This document shows positions 35,587 through 45,271 of a stretch of DNA of 64,000 nucleotides, one piece after another. The notes beneath the pieces are model-generated. The model was not told the DNA's origin. It saw only the letters and a list, made by a program, of their open reading frames with translations, and made no database searches. Both the position numbers and the translations under genes were made by a program. Each line of letters opens with the position of its first letter. Position 1 is the stretch's first letter. Source of the DNA: Paraphysomonas bandaiensis (Eukaryota > Protista > Chrysophyceae); the NCBI GenBank assembly GCA_965644295.1, contig CBFFRP010000399.1:1-64000 (forward strand). Direction: 5' to 3'.

Positions 35587-38500
35587 ATGAGCGCATTCTC
35601 TCAAGGCAGTGATCTGACTCAACTAGTGATCCGTGGGATCGATTTTGTTGATAAAAAACTAAATGAAGATCACCAGATCGATGACAAGCGATACTTTAGT
35701 GATAGAAAATGGTCGAAACCATATGTTTGTATTCCACATATGAGGAACTGCGGGGATGGAACGACATGCACTGTTCCACACCCTCTGATCTATCAAGTTG
35801 CTAATTCTTTCGGTGCATCATTTGGGGACGTTATTGAAGTGGGTAAAGGCCTGGTTCTTGATAATCCCGCTGCTGAGGGTGCTGTCATTACTGTCCTCAG
35901 TGGATCGCCTGGTTCTGGGAAGAGTTCTATTGCTTTGGCAGTGGGATATAGCATGGCAAGGGAATGTGCCTTTGACAATGAACAGCGAGGTCAGAACCTC
36001 GCCAGAAGAGGAAGACGTGGAGAACCAGCTGCAACGCTTAAACACTCGGGGTATGACGTAATTAGGTGGATGAGGATGGATCCCTCTCATATACACCATG
36101 AATGGATGCAATTCGCGCTGTCCCTTGGAATTAATTTTGGGGACTCTGACTGTAATTACAGTCATACAGATTCGGTCCACCCACAAGTTTCTCTATATCG
36201 TATTATTCAAGCCGTTTTCGATGTGCTACAGGACAAACATTTTTTGTTGATATTTGATGGTGTGGAGAGTTACGATTCAATACAGCATTCCTTGCCTCCC
36301 GTTGGAGAGTCATCTTGCGTTCGTAGTCTTTCAAGTGGATCCACTTCTTCGGCTGATCAGAATTCTAATAGCATACCTCGTCGACATGTGTTAATAACTA
36401 CCAATCACCTATCTCTTTCTGCAGAGCTACCTATAGGGGGCGTAACAGTGACTGCAATCACTGTTGGAAATCCTCCTGGTGACATGATTGGTAGATATGC
36501 AGAGAACACCTCGGAGGGGGTATTCACACCTGTTGAGAGTTGCAATTTCATCAAAAAACGAATGCAAAAGGTTATTTATAGTTGTTCCGGTAATTGTAGC
36601 GACTCGGAGTCTAGCACATTGATTCATCAAACTGCTATTCATGATTCGCAGATAAAGAAGGTGCAAAACGCCCTACGTGGGGATACGCATCCTCTTAGAC
36701 TGTCTATGGGTATGTCGTTATGGACGACAATCTTCAGAGAGGTGCACCAATCCATAACAATATCGCAAGACATTAAGCCTGGTAATTTTAGCACTGAATG
36801 CCTCACGAGTTGTATCGTTACTGCGACGGCGACTATGAAAGAGGAACTCATTGCACTCTCTCGACAAATGAGTGACGACTCCGATATAAGTAATGCGACC
36901 CCTCCAACAACTCCATCTCCCCAAAAGCGTAGACCTTCTGCGATAATGAACCGGGTGCGGGGGAAGGGAAGAGGAAAAGGCGAAGGTGAGGTACAATGGG
37001 TCTCAAACAAGGATACGAAAGTGTGCATGATCTGCGAGGGTAAGTTCAATATAACGAAGAGAAGGAAGCACCATTGCAGGGTATGCGGGAGATTGATTTG
37101 TGGTGAATGTAGTCCCAATAAAGCAATTGTTGAACCCATCAAAGATCTAGGGCCACAACGAGTTTGCGTGCACTGTGAAAGTAATATCAAGGTTAGTAGA
37201 GGTGTGGCATGCAGTCGTATGAATTCATTTGTTATGTCTCCTGAATATGCTGTGCATTCATATCTAATAGTGGCATTTTAAAAGGGTATCGCAAATGAAG
37301 TGTCGAATAGTCCCACTACTCATCGTCGAGGCAGCACCAGTAGCGTGGTCTCCACGTTGAGTCTTAAGTCAATGCATTCTAGAGACGACGAAAATCTTGA
37401 ACATCTGTCGTCTCCTTTGGCATTTGCCGGAGTGATCCCTTACCCTCGCCTCTCACGGCTTGTAAACTGTTTTCTTCAACACTTGAAGGTTATGCACCCC
37501 GCTACCCATCGCCTCCTAGGATTTGTAAGTCTATATGGCTCATGGCATATCCCGTTGTCCCTTTTGGATAAACTCTATGATTTAGCTGACCTAGAGAGTG
37601 ATTATACTGGAGACGATACCAAAGACCGCGTTCTGAACATATTACATCCTCTGTTAGACTTGCATATTGTGCGTTACGAGGAATCTGCCCTCTCTCAAGT
37701 TGATACTAGTCGCAGTCGTGTGTACCTCCACATTCACGCATTGTTGCAAAAAAGCATATGCGATTGCATTGTTGGGCTGATACTGTTCCACTCTCCATTT
37801 GCAGAATCAACTGTTGGGTTGACGTCTTCGCATAATGTATACCCTGCGGATATATTGGACACATGGCTGCATCCAGTGGTGCGAGCTCTAGATAGTGTTT
37901 ATGGTGTACATAGTAAGGCTAAAGACAGAGACATTGTGAGTGCTCTCGCAGTCCATACCGCAAAGTTAATCCAGATTCTGGAGGGAAATGTATTCCATTC
38001 TTTAACACGTGCGAACTACCTTCGGATAATTTTATACTTGCGCATGGGAGAGAGCCTGTGTGCACAAGGATGCCACCAAGAAGGTGCATCCCCACTACTA
38101 TTGCATTGCTAACATGTGGTAGACGTCAAATATAGTGCTATATGTATATATATATCGATGCATACCCTCCTTGACCGTATGGCGGTAGTGTGCTTTAGTC
38201 TTGGTTGCGCTGTCTCAGTCTTTTGTGTGTGTACATAGGTTTGGCGTATTTCAGAAGACGACTGGTTTTGATTCATGAGTGCATGAAGTGGACAGGATCT
38301 GTGGATACAGAAGTGTGGGAGGATATGATGGGATCCGGTGCCCGCCTAGGGGGTCGAGAGGTGGGAAACACTCTCGTTGCTATTGCCAGGGTATTGGTAG
38401 TGCAGGGCCGAGTGGAGGAAGCAATTCGGACGTACACCGAAGCCATCAGTGCATATGGTTCACAGAATGGCTTACATTCAGCAAGATCCTATCGAGCGAT

Positions 38501-39629
38501 TGCTTCGCTAAATGAGAAGTCAGATAGTCTATTGGAGGCGATTCTTGCGTATAATTCAGCCATTGAAAATGAAACAAAACATTTTGCTAATTTTACAAAC
38601 ACAGATCAATGCGATGAAATTTATCCTAATCACTTGTTCAGCATGTCAAAGATGTATTACGCACTGGGAGGATTATACTGCCGCTGCGGTGATATGACCA
38701 ACGCTACGCAGAGTTATCAGAAATCTCTTCGCTTGGACAAGGAGTTATATGACGAAGGCAAGCTCTCAGCTCAAGAGTACGCGAAAGCTTTAAACAATAT
38801 GGGCGCAGTTCATTATCGTATGCAACTCATGGATGAAGCGCTGACGTTCTACCTCGACTCGCTAGCTATGGCGCGTGTTGTATATGCAGGAGACCATCAA
38901 GAAGTGGCGAAAACACTTTACAATGTAGGGAATGTCCAGCTGCTTTCTGGAGACCTAGATCATGCACTCCTGTCATTGAAGGAAGCACTTCGCATGTCCC
39001 GAGCGGTGTCTGGAAGTTGTAATAGTGATATCGGAAAGATATGGAATAATATCGGTCACGTCTACAGTGCTTTAAAAGATTATCCGGCTGCGGTACAGGC
39101 CTACGAACAGGCGTTAGATATGAAGAAACATACTAGAACAGATGAGGTATTGGTGTATCAAGTAGATATTGGAAAGACAATGAAAAATTTAGCCACTGCA
39201 TACACAAATGAAGGGCGTCATGAAGAAGCTCTCGAGGTACTACATGAGTTGTTACCTTCAATTGAAAGAAGGTTGCAGCAGTGTGAAAGTACTGGTAGGA
39301 CGGATGCGGCAGCGGAAGAGGAATTGAAGGTCATAAAGAATTTAATTGTAACTACACGAGGTTTATCTGCCTATCGGAATGATATTCTGACAGAGTATTC
39401 GCGCTACATTGACAATAGAAAAAAACAAAAGAAGAGTGGAATTGGGTTTAGTAAACAGGCGAAATTGGATGCTGCCGAATTCGTTATTGATTATGTTAAG
39501 GCCCCTACATTTCGAAGACTTGAAGATATATCACAAACAGCTAATTATGACAAACACAAGGGGGCACTGTTAGATGGCCAACTTGGAGAAATGTTTAAGA
39601 GATTGTGTTTAAGACAAGCGGAAGAGTAG
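35587..39629 (+). CDS. NLR-like STAND protein: NB-ARC-like P-loop NTPase, FYVE zinc finger, winged-helix region, TPR array, C-terminal domain; exons 35587-37191, 37285-38083, 38239-39629
   Basis: Walker A GSPGSGKS, Walker B FLLIFDGV, HVLITT and HPLRL. FYVE WVSNKDTKVCMIC..F....RKHHCRVCGRLICGECS...RVCVHC. MHD-like HIHALLQ. KLC-type TPRs (ALNNMGAVHY, TLYNVGNV, IWNNIGHVY). Both introns are GT-AG and keep the frame. Confidence 0.88.
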
Positions 39630-40404
39630 ATATGTGAGAATCCATCACGGAGATATGACGATAAAATTTTATTTGTTTTTGTACTTTGTATATTCAGTAT
39701 TAATATGCCAGATAATATCTCGGTGTTCAACTAAAACATCATTTGTTTTGAACTTAGAGTACATTGGGTAGTGACACTTAACTACCTTGTATAGGGTTTG
39801 AATTATCTCATCAATTCATCAAATACTAATTTGCATGCAGAAGGAAAAACTTATATTCCACGACAGCGAAGTGTATTAGATTACAACTATGACACCAACT
39901 ACTGATGAAACAGTAGTATTAGGAAACTAAAGGATAGGCGTCCTAACAACGCACTGCTTGTTTTTATTTTCTATCACTTCGTGGATAATATGTTACGGAT
40001 ATTGCGGTGCTTTCCATTGATGTAATATATGTGTGCGTCGTTAAGTTTTAAGTTGTAATTGAAGTGTCCTGCGTGTTTTAAAGTTACATTATTATACGCA
40101 ATAATTCTTATTTGAGATTATTTGAATTCAGCAACAATACGCCATCAAGTAATATTAAGGATCATTGATTCACGTATATTCCTTAACGCGTGAATACAAC
40201 AAGATAATACAATGAAATATCAATTGACAGCGCATCATATAGAAAAAATGAAATGAGTACATCTAACTTATTACCAAAGTAGTACTGCTCTATGCTATAG
40301 TACCGCACATATTAGAAGTCAAGAACAATGGATTTTTAATGAATCAAACATCAAACACGCATGAAATTATGTATGTCTAGTTGAAATTTGAAATAAACCT
40401 TGCG

Positions 40405-40620
40405 TGTTAATTTTTGCTGTTTGAGAGCAAGTAAAAGCTGTAGTTCAAAGTTAATTGAGTTATAATCCTAAATCAAAGAATACAGTAGTGTTTAACTGCA
40501 TTAGTAGAACTGCTGTTATGTTATGATATATTGTATATGGTAATTATTGCAGTAAAACTGAAATATATTGACTGTACTATATCGTATGAAAATATTTTGT
40601 AGTTGCCATAACATAAATTT
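40405..40620 (+). repeat. Degraded solo LTR of family B
   Basis: tgttaatttttgctgtttgagagcaagtaaaagctgtag...caaagaatacagtag...aaactgaaatata, colinear with 40845. Confidence 0.7.
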
Positions 40621-40844
40621 GGCGATTGACAAAATGAACAAGGTGAAATTGATTTTAATTTTACTTATTTATAATTCAAGCTTTGAACGTATATTTCATT
40701 TAGTTAATTAAGTCCTTACGTTCTAATTATGTCAAATCTGATAGTGGGTTTATGAAGTATAAAGTGCCTTGTAGCCGTTCTTTCCCACACACACACCCTC
40801 AATTGATTTTCTGTTCTCTACCATAAAGAAGTATTGAACCTCGG

Positions 40845-41426
40845 TGTTGAGTTTTGCTGTTTGTGAGCAATTAAAAGCTGTAGTTTCCAAGATATTTGAA
40901 TTATATCCGTTACTCAAAGAATACAGTAGTAGCTAGCTGTAGTATGAGAACCAATAATATGATAGCCATTGTAGTGATGAAACTGAAATATACTGACTGT
41001 ACAAGATAGTGACGATGTAAGGTCGTACTAGAAATGGTTGGTGTAGTAGAGATAAAAAGAGTTGGTGAACGTCAATGAATGAAGTATGGTATCTCTTATA
41101 ATTACATAATATTCTATATAAGTGTTTATCAAGGTCTTATTATACTGGAAATGTCTATTCCTAACATGGTAGCAGACAGTAGTATGGATTGGAAAACTCT
41201 TCCCAAGTTCGATCAGTTCGGTGTAGAGAACTGGTCAAAGAATCTGAAAGTGTGGTTGATGAGGAAGAACAGGAACCATCTGGGTCTAGAGGACCGTCCA
41301 GTGAGACCAGCGAATAATGCGCCGGTGACTGTCCGAAATAAGTACAAGGAGGATCTGGACAAGTGGCTGGAGAGGAAAGACACGTGCATCAGTTCGATAT
41401 TATACTGGAAATGTCTATTCCTAACA
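40845..41426 (+). mobile_element. Internally deleted copia family B element: full 5' LTR (40845-41166), PBS, gag 5' end, last 29 bp of the 3' LTR
   Basis: TG...CA LTR. PBS TGGTAGCAGA at 41167. LTR tail repeated at 41398-41426. Perfect 5-bp TSD CTCGG (40840-40844 / 41427-41431). Confidence 0.93.
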
Positions 41427-41465
41427 CTCGGCATAATGGTATTTACCTGGGGCCCTAAGCTCTAA
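41151..41465 (+). CDS. Truncated copia Gag N-terminus fused to an LTR/flank-derived tail
   Basis: MSIPNMVAD..FDQFGVENWSKNLKVWLMRKNRNHLGLED...WLERKDTCISSI is homologous to the Gag at 54774 (MKKNRNHLGLED...WRERNDTCVSTI). Expression unknown. Confidence 0.5.
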   Translation: MSIPNMVADSSMDWKTLPKFDQFGVENWSKNLKVWLMRKNRNHLGLEDRPVRPANNAPVTVRNKYKEDLDKWLERKDTCISSILYWKCLFLTLGIMVFTWGPKL

Positions 41466-41983
41466 GCAGGCTATATTTTGAAAAAGGCAGAGTTCTAAAT
41501 TGACAAGGGACGATGCTCCTTGTCTGAAGGTTAAATTCTAACTTCTCCCCATGATATGCAAATTTTATTAAATTCATAATTTCATTGAAGGTGATGAGCG
41601 GCCATTGTGTGGTTAGTAACTAACCGTTAGTTATTGTCTACCGGGCTATATGCTAGATTATCCCTGCAATATGAGAATATGAGTGTTCCATTGAAACAGC
41701 AACAAAAACTCATTTTGGGGATAAAATGGGGATAATATTACAATACGGTAACTTATCAGTGGGTACGAAATGTTCATATGGCCAATTTCATGCGTACTAT
41801 ACTTCTACAGTGAATTCTTATTACGTTACCGAAGCGGCCACACTACAAACAGTATAGTCGGGCAGTGGTAATCATGACAGCATTTGCATCAACTCAACGG
41901 TACTCCTTCTTTTTAACTTTATCAGCTGTGCTATGAACACATGTTACTCAATGCCTGAATAACAACCTCAATTGGAATACCAC

Positions 41984-42790
41984 TTAAAGGCCGAAATACT
42001 CCATTGCACTCTTCACAAGATTTACAAGCCAGCTGTTGTACTCACAGTGAAAAACAGATGCTGGGAGGGTCTTAGCATCGGATTCGGTAAAGCAGGAATT
42101 ACCGACAGCACCAGATGTGCACCAAGCACATTGTTCTGAACCTTCAGACCCAGCCATGCAAGCATCCTCCGAGGTGAGGTCGTTGCAGATTTCTGTCGCT
42201 GAGGCGGCTAGAACATCGTACTCGCAGTGAAACACCGAAGTAGGAAGAGTTTTGGCATCTGTTTCAGTGAAACAAGAGTTGCCAACAGCTCCAGAGGTGC
42301 ACCAAGAGCACTTGACACCATTCTCTTCCCCGGCCATACACGCAGACTCGGATGTAAGGTCGTTGCAAGTGTTGCTGGCATACAACTTGGCAGCGGCGTC
42401 GTATTCGCAGTGAAAGACTGAAGCCGGGAGAGTTTGGGCGTCAGATTCTTTGAAGCAGGTGTTACCAACAGCTCCAGAGGTGCACCAAGCGCACTTTTCT
42501 CCGTCCTCCTCAGAGCCGATACACTGAGACTGTGTTGTGTAATCGTTACAAACATCACCCGAATTCGCCTTCAAAGAGGGGAATTCACACTTAAACACAG
42601 AGGCTGGAAGACCCTGAGCATCAGACTCCTTGTAGCAGGCGTTACCCACAGCGCCAGATGTGCACCAGACACACATTTCTGACCCCTCAGTGGAGGACAT
42701 GCACTCGCTCTCCTTGGTGTGAGAGAAACAGTCATCCGCCGCAAAGGCAGAGAGAACAGATGAAGCGATGATCAAGCACTTTACTTTCAT
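41984..42790 (-). CDS. Secreted protein made of four Cys-rich repeats (PSI-like)
   Basis: Signal peptide MKVKCLIIASSVLSAFAA. Four copies of C...T....C......C.WCTSGAVGN.C..E.DA..LP.SVF.CE. Intronless. Confidence 0.85.
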   Translation of the reverse strand: MKVKCLIIASSVLSAFAADDCFSHTKESECMSSTEGSEMCVWCTSGAVGNACYKESDAQGLPASVFKCEFPSLKANSGDVCNDYTTQSQCIGSEEDGEKCAWCTSGAVGNTCFKESDAQTLPASVFHCEYDAAAKLYASNTCNDLTSESACMAGEENGVKCSWCTSGAVGNSCFTETDAKTLPTSVFHCEYDVLAASATEICNDLTSEDACMAGSEGSEQCAWCTSGAVGNSCFTESDAKTLPASVFHCEYNSWLVNLVKSAMEYFGL

Positions 42791-43202
42791 TATTATGGTG
42801 TTGTATACAAGCGGGTTAAGCAGATTATTGACGTTTATATATGCACCAATGTGTATGTCCGTATGTCACTATATGCTATACGTATACAGCAGAGCATAGG
42901 TCTTTTTTGGATTATTGGCTGGTAGGAATTCTTACGATACTGTAGTGTGTATAAACCTCAACGTTACAGTAGGAACCAACTGTATACTGCACAGTATATG
43001 AGTGAATACTGTAACTTTGTACCACCAGCAGCAGATGATGTGCGATGGGATGATATCTACATCCATCATATATCCAGATCGCTCTGGATATCCTCCATGC
43101 GATGATGAGACATCTAGACATCAGATACAGCCAGTTCATATTAAGGTCATCACTATAGTCAGTGGCATATCTATACATAGAGATAAGACACAGTGTTTTA
43201 TT

Positions 43203-44420
43203 ATGGATGAAGTACACTCCGATAAGAGTACAGATACCAAACATAGAACACAGTTTTTACACGAATATTTAAACAGAGAGTGTTTGAATCAGGAGCATAT
43301 TAGCCGCAGAAGGTCAGTTGCTGATATACGTGAACAAATATCAAAAACATTTGAAAGAAATTATGAAAAAAAGAAATCAAATAATAATAATGTGAGAAGA
43401 AGAGAGTCTGTCGCTGATATCAGATATCGATTGAGTGATGCATTGCGTATTGAAACACCTCAAGAAATGAGATTACGAAAAATTCTAATAAAACGCTCTT
43501 TTGCTCAAGAAGAAGCTATAAATTCATCTGATGATCGTATGTTTCTAGATGAACTTGACGCTGAGGAGAAGAAACAATTCATTCGTAGATGGATTGTACT
43601 TATGCAGCGTCGGAGTAGTGCAAAAGATCCCTCGTCAGTTGGTTTCGGAGCAGCTTCCACTCGAGCGGCGTTGATGTTTTTGTCCTCATTTGGTATTTCA
43701 CAAGATACTGTAAGTCCTGAGGTATGGGCGCAGTGGATAGATGTGGTTGATGGGGCTACTGCGAGTGCTATTGAGGAGCTGAAAGGGATTGAGTTATCTC
43801 TTTCTCAAAAGGATGCAACGAAGAATGGTCATGATGAAGTGAACTCTGTCAATAAAATGAATGGCGAATCTTCCTTTGAAGCATATGAAGGCATTGTCCC
43901 TCCCACACTGAGTAATAATCTCCAGAAGGAAGTGAAATCCTCCAATGAATTGAATGGGTTGAATGGAGATTCTTCGTCTGAAACAGATGAAGTAGTTGTG
44001 CCGAATACAGTCGAAGCGCAGGATGCTGATGAAATACGCAATGAAGTTAACAGTAACACTTCGGTAAACAGAGATGATGATGTGAAAGATTTTGTAATTG
44101 GAATTGCTTCGGTCCGTGAAACTGCTCAACCGACTGCTTCTCTCCCACTAGAATCGAGTGATGAGAATTCTCCTTTGCACTCAGAAGAATTTAATGATAG
44201 CATAATTGCATCGAAGTCGGATCATGGGGGGAAAGTGAGTTCCAATGGAGTTTCACCGCTGCACACAAGCAGAGAATCGAAACAAGATAGCCACGACACT
44301 TGTAAATCTTACCTTGATACTACTCAAGCTAAAGAAGACATGTTGGTAAGTCGCAGTGTATCTACAGAATCACATACTGCGCATGAAAATAAAAAAGGCG
44401 GATGTTGTTGTATCAGTTAG
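43203..44420 (+). CDS. Hypothetical protein with acidic disordered C-terminal half and a CaaX-like lipidation tail
   Basis: Long ORF from ATG 43203. Two RRxSVADIR repeats. Ends KKGGCCCIS*. Confidence 0.7.
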   Translation: MDEVHSDKSTDTKHRTQFLHEYLNRECLNQEHISRRRSVADIREQISKTFERNYEKKKSNNNNVRRRESVADIRYRLSDALRIETPQEMRLRKILIKRSFAQEEAINSSDDRMFLDELDAEEKKQFIRRWIVLMQRRSSAKDPSSVGFGAASTRAALMFLSSFGISQDTVSPEVWAQWIDVVDGATASAIEELKGIELSLSQKDATKNGHDEVNSVNKMNGESSFEAYEGIVPPTLSNNLQKEVKSSNELNGLNGDSSSETDEVVVPNTVEAQDADEIRNEVNSNTSVNRDDDVKDFVIGIASVRETAQPTASLPLESSDENSPLHSEEFNDSIIASKSDHGGKVSSNGVSPLHTSRESKQDSHDTCKSYLDTTQAKEDMLVSRSVSTESHTAHENKKGGCCCIS

Positions 44421-45271
44421 AAGCTGAATAATCGAAAGTGAACAACGCGTGCCATATATTTTGGGACTTATTATATTGTTATATGCAATGGACGTACTAC
44501 TGACTGCTGCGTACTTGGATGTGCAGCGGTTTAGTACTCTCAGTGAAAGGTTATGAGGCCTAGTTTTTTCAAAACTGTTGTGAACAGCATACATTCTGTA
44601 TTTGACAGTTATAAAGTAATATTTCTGTTAGCCCTGTTGATATATGTATATGGTTATGCTATATAGTTGTACTACTCATAAATGTTACGTTAATTTCTAG
44701 CACTTGGTCGATTCACTAATTTAGTGTAATTAATGCGAACATTATGAAGTGTAAGTGCTCATTTTCTGTTACGTCAGCGCCGCATCTTCACACAGACTTG
44801 CTGAGATACCAAGTTTCTTGGTCAGTTCAACTAGAATGCGAGAAAAAGGTAAAATTCAAAATTTGTAATTGCAAATATATGAGACGTAACAAAACTAATG
44901 ATGCTAAGCAAGTCCAGCGGAATAGAATAAGATAAGCACTAAGCATACATTACCTATTATACGTTAATTGCTGTAGTTGTAAACAATTTCCCATTGCACC
45001 CAAGTATTAAGCCAAATATTCCATATTTCATTTCAACTTTCAACATATTAATAACTAATTCATTAAGCTGCCGTGGTCCTTTTAACACTGTTTACCTTCT
45101 GTGAACTATGGTTTATTCCAACAGTTTTCATGGAAATTCGTGGAAGCAAAAGCGATATTACTAGTACCACAAAAATTGAGCATATAGATACAATAAACGC
45201 CATTTAAGCCGCCCTTGCAACTGTCGATATTTATAACTCAAACAATAGAGTAGAAATAATTGGTGAAGTTA

